From Phallusia mammillata (Eukaryota): 64,000 nt of DNA. The DNA lies in NCBI GenBank assembly GCA_965637545.1, contig OZ281495.1, positions 30,566,001 to 30,630,000 on the forward strand. Reading direction: 5' to 3'. Of the stretch, positions 28,201 to 39,400 are shown piece by piece. The translations under genes and the position numbers were made by a program. The notes below the pieces were generated by a model, which was not told the origin of the DNA, did not search any database, and saw nothing but the letters and a program-made list of their open reading frames with translations. Position 1 is the first letter of the stretch; the number at the start of each line of letters is the position of its first letter.

Positions 28201-31200
28201 GATAACACGAACAACAAATTTGCGTCTTAACGCATCGCCACAGAAAATGTGAACTATTTATAATTGAACATTCTTCAACGCCACGCTCTTGTAAACGAAC
28301 AAGACATTGATGTAGGTTTACATTGTAAAGGATTTACTACAGGATCTTCACACTTTCTTGATTTACTAAAGAATCTTCACACTCTCCTGCACTAAACAGC
28401 AATTCTGGGGCAGTTTTTCTAAGCCAAATAAAACCGATCATCTTATATATATTAGTTTCGAAATGGAAGAAACGCTTTGATTTTTTGCATTGTTGTCTAA
28501 AACTTTAATTAGTTGTACCATATTTTCTGCCTCCGATTAAAAAATTAAACATTATAACATTCCCACAATGCAACACCTCTAAAATTTACCAAAACGCCTT
28601 TGAATTACAAGACTCAAGGACAAAGAGTTTCATCTCAAGTTAGTCTTCACTGCAGAGCGGCGAAGCTGTTTATTTGGAAAACGAGCTTAGAGCGGCGAAT
28701 TTTGCTGCAGGCGAGTTAGCGCGGCCATGAAGGCGGGCTCAACCCTGCTTCTCACTAATGCAGACTTAACGAGCCTTCCCGCAAATCGATCCAGCGATAT
28801 TAAAGCCGGCGCTAGGGCATGTAGCGGAAAATTGGTAAACACGAGTACCCGGTAATGATAAAATCTTTGACAAGCTTGTTAGGAACTGACCTCATCAAAT
28901 AAATACAAGCGTTACTTTGCAAACTTTAAGCCAGGGTGGCAGCAAAATGAACCAAAACTAAGTGATAAGAAAAACTAATTTTGAAAGTCAGTGTTTTAGA
29001 TAGCATAGGAGAACGTTCATAATTTAGCTCCATCCTTGCCCTTTTCAAGTAAAGCAACAATCATATGTCAAAATGTAGAATACAACACTGCTGACTTGAA
29101 AAAAGATAGTATAGCAGTCAAGTGTGTAACTAAGCGTTAAATAATGAATGCAAACGGTAAAAATGCGCTTTTAAAGACACATTAACGCCGCTTTTTCCCT
29201 TTCAAAAGTGCATTGATCTTTCTAAAGAACAAGTTAATCAATTGTTGAGCTCAGACATGGCAAATAAAACTTTGTGATCAAATTCAACCAGAAAAGATAC
29301 GATCTGTTGGCTTTAGTAATAGAAAACCACTCTGTTTTTGTTCGCACCTTATTCAAATAGAATCATGCATTGTAGTTTTTACCAAACTGACGCGGACCAG
29401 ACCTTAAGCAAACACGAACCAGACCATTGACAAACTATTGCACTGCAGCAATGACGCTAAACACACAACCAGTGGAAATCACCAGGTTAATTGTCCACCA
29501 ACCTTATGTTGTATCAATGCAAAACGCAACGTAGGCTAACTACCCTCATTTTTGCACTATAATTTTTTACAAAGTCATTACTTTGTTAACAATAAGTTCT
29601 CGATGTCTGTGCATCAAAACGTTGATTGACTTGCCAAAACTTTTCTGTTTGAAATCGTGATCAATTACAAGAGTTAGAAGTTCATACGTGAAGATAATCT
29701 GAAAATGCACACCTCATAACATTCCAATTTTAACGCGTTTGCCTGCCAGTAAAATTCAAGAAGCAAACCTGTAAAATTGTAAGTTTGAAGCACACAATTT
29801 AGCGAGGTTCCTTCATTAAGTTAAAACCAAAATAAAGTCTTTGATTGGGCTAATTGAGCTTGTTTGGTGATGGTTACTAACCAGTCAGTTAAAAATCGGT
29901 TAACCATAGTTTACAATTGCCAGATTGTAGGACTGTTTTATATCGTCTAGCAAATAACCTAAATGCTAAATGCACGTCAAAATACCAAATACCAATATCG
30001 AAAGTTTACGTAAAAACTCGTTAAAGATGTCCCAAAGTCCTAATCTCACATGACTAACAACTTCGTAACTCGGACTTTCAGCAAACCAGCATGTTGGCAT
30101 ACCTTAGCTGGGCCACAAAAACAGCGATCACCGAGACAAGCGGCTCCTGGCCAAAAGATACGATCGCCCACTTTCGCCTGTTCGGAGCCGAAGCGATCAC
30201 ACCGCGAAAAGCAAAGCCGACCTTTCATGACTCACAACAGAAAGGCGATCGTTCATGCGTTACGAACCCACAACGCTCTCGAGAAGCGAAAACACGGCCG
30301 ACCCCCTTTACACGATGACTCGATTGAGTTTGGTGCGATTGGATGTTTTGTTTGTCCTTCGCTGAATGAAACGCCCCTTCCTGGAGTTTCTGCTAGTTAA
30401 ACATTAACACAAACCCGCAACATCGCCTATTAATGTAAAATGAGGCAACGACTTGCAAATGGCTTATATTTTGTTGCTGCTGAATCTAAATCGTTTACCG
30501 TGCTGCAAAACTTGATTCATTGCCGTTTTCAATATGAGTCACATTTTCCGTATTCTAGAAATGATGTTTTTGGTTACAATGACAGAATTTCGTTATTTGA
30601 GACAAGTGTCTTTGAACAGCCGATTTTTGTTGCAAATAGAACCAAAGAAACCGACAACATTCCTTAGCACAGTTGCAAAATCATAAACATATATGTATCC
30701 TTGAACTGAAACATCCAAACATCGAAAACTACCAGGAAATAAAGACCTGATAAAAGGTAAACCCCAGTTTAAGACAAGTAGCTTTAAAATGTTTTCGTAA
30801 ATTCAAAACAAAACCAAGTTGATGACCAAATTTGGATCAACAAACTAAACTGTACAGGGTAAACTGTTTAAAACATTGAACCGTTAATACAGCATTTCAA
30901 AAATGCAGGCCGTTACCTCATGACTTACTTTTTTGCCTCACTTTCACTTATAAACCGTACAACAAACTTAACCTTGGAGCTGGGCGTACTTAAAACAATT
31001 TGTTTACCTTATCCTACACCTACATTTTTGCCCTCAATCTTAAACTTAAAATACCCCTAACTGTCCACAATCAAACACAATGCAAACCTTAGCCAGGCTC
31101 AGTGTCAATATTCTGTACATATCGAGCTTACAACGGGTGCTGCTGGCAGGTTGCGACATCGTACAGCGCAGCGAGCAAGACATTTCGTACCAGAAGCTGC

Positions 31201-32416
31201 CAGCCTGAAGCTTGCGTTGATCCCCAGTGTATTGAAATGCGTCCAGGCGTGACCGCTGTTATTGGAACGCGACTTTAAGTAACGCAGAGCTAGAAATGAG
31301 GACAGTCAAAAAGTTGAGCAAGGTTCGAAATTGTTTTAAGTTTGGAGCAAATCATTCGTTTTTTTTCTGTGTTACATTTCTATTGTAAGCATGAAAAGCA
31401 TGAAACTTTGTGATTCTGCATTTGATGAATTATGTTTCTTTATTCTTGCTGCTTAATATTTTACAACGGAAAGGACTACCTAATTGTTCACTAACAACAA
31501 AACACTAACTTGTCCAAGTACGTTTTAAATAATTGCATTCCTAAAACCGGTTTATCATTTGTATGTTTTTTGGTTTTTAGGTTTGTGTTAGGTAAAATTA
31601 CCAGCTAAAAATTTTAAATTTTCTACAGTGTGATGCAAAAACACAAAGTTTCGACTGAGATTTCGTGCAAGGTTTAAATAACCGCACCCACACAAACAAC
31701 TGAACACAATGACACTCCTCGACAGGTGGCCTTAATTTGTCACACAATAAGGGGAGAAATACATTGGAGTAAAGGGTTTTAGAATTCCCCCTCCTTGAGA
31801 ATAATATAAAGTTACTCTTGGAAATCTCTTCTTTTGCAAGACAAAAACAAAATGGTTGGTGCATAATTTTGGGTTTAAATAAATTTTTTTGAATTTTTTT
31901 TAACTATGAGCACAAAAAGTGTTTTGTGCCTATAAAATCCATAATGATCTAGATCTTAACCGAAAACAAAACTGCCGAAAGCATGTATGTATGTATTCAA
32001 TAAATTTTATCACAAGCGTTTGCATATAATGTTTTTGATCAAGCCAAATTTCAAGTCCTTGTCTAGTGTTTCAAAACAAACCACCGACCAAAACTATATC
32101 TTGATGGATATTTAATTAATTTCAACTTATAATTGTTTGCAGAGAGAGAAAAAATGTAACCTCATAACGAGTTCGCCGCCTAAAATGCAAACAAAATAAA
32201 TTCCACATACCTTTTCTCCTTAAATCGCTGTCGTAGGATCTCGGTCTCGCGCGTTGTTTGTGGTGGAGGTAGAAACTGTTGTTTTCTGGCAGATTGCGAT
32301 AAAAAATACGTGGAAACTGCGGTGATTCCCCCATTTGCGAACCGTCTCGCCACTCGGAGTTGGGAACTATTGAAAAGTTTCCCGAAATTTGCATCAGATT
32401 TTCGTTTCATGTACAT
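16217..32416 (-). CDS. ERG: ERG/FLI1-family ETS transcription factor with PNT domain (8 coding exons, ~639 aa)
   Basis: Exons (minus) 32416-32211, 20351-19986, 19657-19089, 18883-18680, 18408-18271, 17279-17090, 16757-16623, 16328-16217; phases match, total 1920 nt. PNT: [14 protein letters not shown]. Linker [34 protein letters not shown]: [29 protein letters not shown]|[22 protein letters not shown]. Exon 1 (11.9-kb intron) rests only on phase compatibility, a strong AG|GTATGT donor and an in-frame stop just before its ATG, so it is less certain than exons 2-8. Confidence 0.9.
20710..20800. promoter_or_regulatory. Candidate intronic enhancer: two DR1 nuclear-receptor elements plus a TCF site
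   Basis: CTTTGAT at 20710-20716; GCGTCA-A-AGGTCA at 20767-20779; AGGTCA-A-AGGTGA at 20788-20800; all in a GC-elevated island in ERG intron 1. Confidence 0.4.
24727..24764. repeat. 19-bp perfect tandem duplication
   Basis: AATTTATCAGGTCATTGTA occurs twice in a row. Confidence 0.85.
26922..27230. repeat. Degenerate tandem duplication (two ~150-160-bp units)
   Basis: Both units run ACATG.T.AACACAAAA.CATTTCCG...AAACTATC.CTGTAT...AAATATCGCC...GTTCAAAGTTT...CACGTACTGCCT...TAAACAACA.AAAT.TTCAGTT.TACAAATCATGTT. Confidence 0.8.
29348..29363 (-). ncRNA. Spliced-leader exon-identical 16-mer (ATTCTATTTGAATAAG) followed by a GT donor; SL RNA gene, relic or mimic
   Basis: The + strand CTTATTCAAATAGAAT reverse-complements exactly to the 16-nt Ciona SL as I recall it, immediately followed on the minus strand by GTGCGA. 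No canonical Sm site (AU4-6G) is visible downstream. Confidence 0.5.
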
Positions 32417-34326
32417 TTAAGGAAGTCTGGGAACGAAAGCTAATTAGGTAAAGATTTTACTTCACACAAATTACACAATTCGTTTACTACACCTGCTAGT
32501 TTTCTTCTGTTTCGATTTTAGTTTAATCTAATCACATAAAAAATTCAAAAAAAAATGTCAAGTTGCAATACTTTTTATTAAAAGTTTTGTTAAATAATGC
32601 TAAGAGTACTTAAACAAATAAATCTGTCTTTCTGTTTTGTTTCTCACTTTTTTCCCTCAGATAAGTGTATGGCTGATAATAATAATAGAAATGCATACAA
32701 AAGCAAAATAATTTTCGTAACCGACGCTTTTTACGTTTAATTAAAGTCATGATTAAAAATTAAAAATCTTGTTAAAAATTTGCCAGAACATTAAATTAAT
32801 ACTCAAATTTAAATTATCACGTCAGAATGTACATTATTTATATTTCCTATTTCAGTCTATCTGCCTAATAATAATGGTCTTGCTAAAGTAAACTGAATTA
32901 TTATTTGCTACAAAAACTTTCATAGTAATGAAGCCTTTGTCCGTATTATTCTACGATTCAAATAGTATGCCGTCTTTCGAATCACTCCAGTCATATTTAT
33001 AACCTCTCCTCCTGCCATTTTCCCCTGTTTTGATCAAAACCGAAGTGTAACACCGCGGCAGGTAAACTTCCTTTCTCCTTAACGGGAAAATCCGAAATTG
33101 ATCTTCGGGTAACTTCGGACGGCTTCGGATTATGTGGTGCAGGATCTGCATTGTGGTGGGGTGTTTACCTGTTCGTTGCGGTCTAGACGCGTTCAATCGA
33201 CCGTAAATATCACAGGTGACGTAACGGGCGGGGGCGTTTTAGTCTCAATGAAGACTTTTTGTGTTACAATACAATTTCAGTTACGGTGTCTGAAAATTCG
33301 TTTCTTCAGTTAAATTGGTAAACCAATTTTGTAGATAAGGGATATTTGTCCAGAGCTGACAACGCCTGTTGATTTTGCGTGAGATAGAAGTGTTTGTTGG
33401 AAGTTTACCAAAGAATATATTTCCCACCGCATTTTATTGCTTCTGTTAAGGTTAAATAGTTTTGCTATATAGTTTCAAATTCATTTGTTGATGTAAGTTG
33501 TCCACGTATTTTACTCAACCTGTTTGTAACACCATTTCCGAAACCTGGGAATATGTGCTTATAAAATCAAATTTCGGTTTATTTCAATTTCCCAGTTACT
33601 TAACAACAATTGGTAAAAATATTCAGGAGGCAAAAAATGTTGAGCTTAAACAAATAACGTGCATCGTCAATGTTTTCTTTACCGTTTCTAGCCAAAGTCA
33701 GTAAACACCACTTCATTGTTGGTCTCGTGTATTGGGGATTGGATTGAAGAGTTTTTGACAAGCAAACTTCAGAGCATGCTGCTACGATTTGTTTCACCCG
33801 TCGAAATAAACTCAACTCAACGTTAAAAAACAAAATCAGCCAATGCCTATTTTGTCTAAAATAACAGTCCGCTATTCAAATAGAATCATTGTATTTGTTT
33901 TCAATATTACATGCAGTGGCAAATTTCCAACTTCCGTTGCACACATATTTTCATCAAACCGAAAAAAACACGCCAGGAGAAGTGGTCTATATCACGTTAT
34001 GGCGGGAAAGCCCAAAAATATCTCAACTTCCGCCTGTTTGCTACCGCGATGGGTGCGATCAAAACAGATAAAATCGAACGTCTAGCGCAGCGTCAGACTG
34101 CAAAATCCGGTTTATGGTTCGCTAATCCATATCGTCTTCCGCGCACATTGTATTTTAAATGTGATGTAAATAGTCCTAAACCTCTGTAACACATTAGGTG
34201 GAGGATTATAAAGCGACAACAGAAGACGTTTTACACGATTTCGGATCAAATTTACCGAAAAAACTTCTCGTCGTTCGATGCGTCGCCACGCAAGCGCTCT
34301 TCCCGCCCACCAGGTGACGTAATACT

Positions 34327-34338
34327 GGGGAATTCCCC
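34327..34338. promoter_or_regulatory. Perfect palindromic NF-kB-type site
   Basis: GGGGAATTCCCC in a GC/CpG-rich island (~34200-34480) about 1.9 kb upstream of the ERG-like start codon. Confidence 0.35.
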
Positions 34339-35152
34339 GCGATTTGCGTGACGTCGAAAGGAAACCAGGTCAAGCTGTTTCGGGAAACTAACGATGTTAT
34401 CGAGATCGAGATCAATTTACTTGGGGATTTCTGCATTCTACTTCCCGTAACATTTAAGCAACCGGATTTTGTGGCCATCGCTCGTGAGTTGATGAAGTTG
34501 TGAGGGCCAAGGTTGAGGTCAAGGACGAAAATTGTAACTTTGTTTGACAGTTGACTATTTCCCGCACGTTAGATGAAAAGTTTGTAAAAAGGAACAAGAG
34601 GAAACGATGTGTTCGAAAAGCAACAAAACCGCAGAGGGTGTAGAAACAACTCCAAAAACATAACTAAGTTAAACTCGCTTGTTTAGACATTTGCTGACTC
34701 TATAACCTTTTTAGAACATAAACACTTGTTTCATTTATCATGTTTTCCGACAAAATATGTTGATTTAAGGATTTTGGAATTCCAGAGGGATGGCAAGTGC
34801 CGGCGCCCGTCAAAGGTATCACACAAACAGAAGGCAATAAATAAAAGGTTCCAGAGGCTCCTATCGCATCGATTGTAAAAAAAACACGTTGATCAAGTTC
34901 AAACTCAACTTTAACGCCTATATGTTTCGGATCAACGATCATCTGTTCAAAAAACACTCACAACCAGTGTTTATTAAGTTGCGCGTGTATTTGAACTATC
35001 ACAACGAACTACACCAAATGATCACACCTGAAAAAAGAACAGGTCATATTTTTTAGTTCAGACTGGAAGGAATACTCACACCTTATATCAAAACAAGCAT
35101 AAAACGAAAACAAAACTCGAATGTAGGCCTGCAAGCTAAGAATCGTTTAAAT

Positions 35153-35412
35153 CAGCGGTTCCCAACCTGTGGGTCGCGACCCCAACTGGGGTCACCTGAC
35201 AATTTGCCAGGGGTCGCCTAAGGCAGTGGTTCCCAACTCATTTTAGGCCATGGACCCCTAGCCCCAATATAATAAACTCATTGACCACTTTATTGTTGAG
35301 AAAAAATATAGTCAATGTTAATTTAGAGCCTACTAATTTTATCCTTGGGGTCACCGCAACTTGACAAATGTTATCAAGGGGTCACGGTACAAAAAAAGGT
35401 TGGGAACCGCTG
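35153..35412. mobile_element. hAT-type MITE with an internal second MITE end
   Basis: TIRs CAGCGGTTCCCAACC and GGTTGGGAACCGCTG; perfect TSD GTTTAAAT (35145-35152, 35413-35420). An internal CAGTGGTTCCCAAC starts at 35224, preceded by GCCTAAGG. Confidence 0.88.
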
Positions 35413-36401
35413 GTTTAAATGATAGACATATATTAAGACTAGAGTGAAATATATATATATTTTTAATGGAACTTACAAACATACTTAAATGCATTACATT
35501 CTTGGTATGATACAAGAGTTTTCGGCTGTAACACTTTGTCAGAATGCCAATTGGCACAAACAGAATGTAAACGATAGTGTAATATTGTTTCTTTGATTTT
35601 AAATAAAACTGAGCCTATACTATCAACACTGTTACATAAAAGTTAAGGCAGATTTAGTGGAGGTAATAGTGGTTTCAAAGTGTACCGGCACAATAATTCT
35701 AAAACCAATATGAAATTTCACGAAATTTGACTAAGTTATTAAAGCGCTAACGTAAAAATTGGACGATGATATCACATTAAGGTTGGCAAACTTGGTAGCC
35801 AATATAAATGAAATCAAACTTCATTATTTGTCACAAAGAGTTAAACGCCGCATTGTTTTTTTGTTTTATGCGCCAACGAGCATGCCAAGTTGTCAAAAAA
35901 GTCGAAAAATGTCAACAAAATTTTCATGATTTGTGTAATCAAAGATGACATAAAGAATGGTAAAATGAATCGTTTTTTTTTGCGTTAAACAAAGTTTGGG
36001 TATTTTCGATATTGCCATGAAGCTTAAGCTTGTAAAATGAAAACTTTAAAGGAGATAAATTTTAAACTTTAAGATGAAATCTTTCGCAGTTACTTTTTGG
36101 AGTTGATGTACCGCAAGTAATATTTTGTTTTTTTCTGAATCACAGTATACCAGGCTTATTGAAAGCGTCATACCGAATCAGAATTGTTATTCTTGTGTGT
36201 GATTTCCCCACATGGTGACATTTTTGCATTGAGAATTGCCGTGGACCGATCAACAACAAGCAAGTCGCTCTAAAACGGCGAAAAGTGTAAAATCGAAATT
36301 TTGCAACCAAGCTGTAAGCGTAAATACGACAGCTGCTGGAGACCGATGAACGAATACGAAAATTGTATAAAGGTTGTTTGAGTTTGGGAGTTGTTAGGGT
36401 G

Positions 36402-39400
36402 CTACGTGTCTTTGGGGAGGGGGGCATCGACTGGCGCCACCTGGAGGAGCTTCTGCAGGAAATCGGTCACGGGTTCTGAAAAAGTAAAAAAAGTTACCAG
36501 GACAGAATCAAAATGCGAAGATACAAGAACATATATTAAACGCTTCTAAGATTATTTACAGACAAATTTCTGAGCGACTTTAACAATGAAAATGTATGCC
36601 ACTATACCTTCAAATAAAAAACTGGAGCCAATTATAGCGCTTAAAAGCCTAACAAATACAAGGACACTGAGTTTGAAGTGACTCATTTCGTGCATTGTTT
36701 TCTCACAGTCATCAAAACGTCTATTTATCTCCGAGCTTTAGCTTACCCATAAATTCCAGTTTTATGTTAAAGTGAATGAAAGGGACGTAGAAGAGTAGTC
36801 CGCTCAATATAAAGAGAGCTGCGTATAGATATTCCCATGCTGGTTGTGTAATGATCGGGTAAAATATGAGGTAGAGGGCAATCACAACAACAATAATGGG
36901 AATGAAAATGGGAACCTGCAAAAATAAATACAGTTTGTACACAATCAAAACATAACCATGTTGAAAATGTCCACAATTCACCGCAGAAGCAAGCATTTTA
37001 ACCAGGTGTTACGACCTTCTTATTAGGGCCTATACGATATTAAACAGGCCTAAAAATTGAACTTTGGCAATAAAGACAATCGATTAATGTTTAGGGAAGC
37101 GACTTTGGTTTATTTCAAGAGATATAAAATAGATGGTAAACAAGATATGACAGCCTCCCCTTATTCCAGTACAACGCAAAACAAATTAACTGGGGAATAA
37201 AAAAGTCCATATTCTATCTCAAATGTTACCTTGTACGGTCTGTATCTTTTCGGCTGAGTTCTGCGGAGCACAAGCAGAGCTAGAGCAGACCCACCGTGAA
37301 ACATCCACATACTGAAGGAAAAATAATTCACCAACGAATCGAAGTCATTTGGAACCAGAACCAACAGAGCTATCAGTGTCTGAACAAAAAGTGTAAGTGT
37401 TGATGTATAGAAGCAATTGTGCTCTGCATTGAAAGTAATATCAGTGGACTCGGTTATCAAAACGTAACAATTCTACCTCTACTACACCAAGTAAAGTTTA
37501 CAACCGCATGTTTGCTTTTGTAGAGCCAGTTTCATAAAACTGATTTTTACGCGCCCTTAAACATTGGTTCTTCATGGTTTATGCAATTCAGAAAGGTTTG
37601 AGCTTGTAGAAAGTATTAAGGGTTAGTGTCAGCTACCAGCAATAATACTTGTTGATCAAGCTGAACCCATTTGTTTTAATGCTTTGTATTTTATTTAAAA
37701 CAAAAGGATTTAAACGTGCAAAAATGAGTGTATTTAAATAGTGTTAGCTATTCGACCTGATTTTGCTATATTAGATTAAAGCACGAAGAATTTAAAATTT
37801 GAAACTGAATGGGTTGCAAAAAGTTTAGAATAAGAACAATATCTGGTGGCATTGTCGACACTTTTGCCGAAGTAAAGGCAGAAAACTTATTCTTACATTA
37901 AAAAAGATTGCAGCAACTGGCGTGATTCTTTTGTAGTTGACCATGGCCAACACCTCAGGCATGTGTCCGTTTCTGGCTGCTGTGTAGATAATTCTGTAAC
38001 AAAAGTTAAGTATCGTAACTTCAAAAAATAAGTTAGGAATCAAAAAGTAACTTTTCTAGAAAAATTCTCGAACGAATAAAAGACAGATGTGGTTTTTAAC
38101 AACGAATTATATAGTTACTAATTCAGTCTGTTAAAATGAACACTTGTTCCTTTACTTCCGTAACTAATTATCTGTACCCACCTAGGTCCTGTTATTGTGT
38201 AACCGTTGCAACCGCCAAAAGTGGATATGGCGACACCCAGTGGAATGACCCACGACATAGCTCCAAGCAATTTTGTACCAAACGTCTGAAATGAAAAATA
38301 GCAAAATTAATATATTGATGTATTGACAAGCGGAGATGTAAATTCCATGTGGAGTTTGAATAAGACAGCCGTATGTTTAAAATATGTTCAGAAAATTGTT
38401 TGGGGTTGATGAAGTCTGTTCAAACTTTTTAATGCTCCCGACCACCCCGTTGTCTTGTTTTTATACCTCTCACCTTATTGTTTTATACTTTACACATTTA
38501 CCTTGCCTATACTCGAATAGCGCAGCTTGTTTTTTGTTTTTTTTTAATTGTTTAAGATGCCCATTACTTGAAATATACATAATAAATACATCACGTTTAC
38601 TTTGACTTATTAAAGTTTTTTTAGGTTTCAAAAAAGCTTTCAGATGAGTAACTGTCGCATAATTGTTGGAAACCATGAAATTTAAATCGAAACAACGAAT
38701 TATTGGAACACAATAAATCTAATCGTCACAACGAAAGGAATAATTACCACAGCAACCGCTCTTGAGGACATCATTTCGGTCATGGTCAGTCCAGCCAAAT
38801 AAGCGGTGTTGGTCAGCAGGTAAACCAACGTTACGAGAGGAATTCCGATGATAATAGCACGAGGCAAGTTACTGTTAAAAAATAACACATGCATTGCTCT
38901 CTTGGGATTTCATAAAGTTACATCATATCATCGGATTGGTCTAATGTCTTGAGATTAGTTGAGTTTATTTCGCTTGGTGATAGACAACATAGCAACACAA
39001 TTGCACTAAAACAATCACCAAGCCGGAAATAGCTGCGCAACGTTAAAACGTTATGGAGCGCACGAAAGTGTCCGACACAATTGATGGATAGCGGTACAAC
39101 GCGCTGCAGCTACACCATATTATAAGGCGTTAAGTGGCGGGAGCTCACAAGAAAGTGAGTTTGGCGCACTGTGAGTATAACACGACTGGGGGTAAACGAT
39201 GGTGGGACCAGTCGCGGGGCCCTAGAATCTAACCACCTGTGTTAGGGAAAGAGGCTGGGGTTGGACAGGGAAAAAAACAACGAAAGAAACCCTAGTGTTT
39301 AGTAAGCTTACATTTTCAGAGTTATAGAATGATATAATGAGTGGCATGGCGCCAGTTTAAGGTTTCTACAAGAGAAAATAAAGTCTCTACTAGTTCAGTT

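Noticed and set aside
30050-30400. 116-aa + strand ORF in a GC-elevated patch
   Set aside because: No recognisable motif or convincing splice pairing; lies antisense within ERG intron 1.
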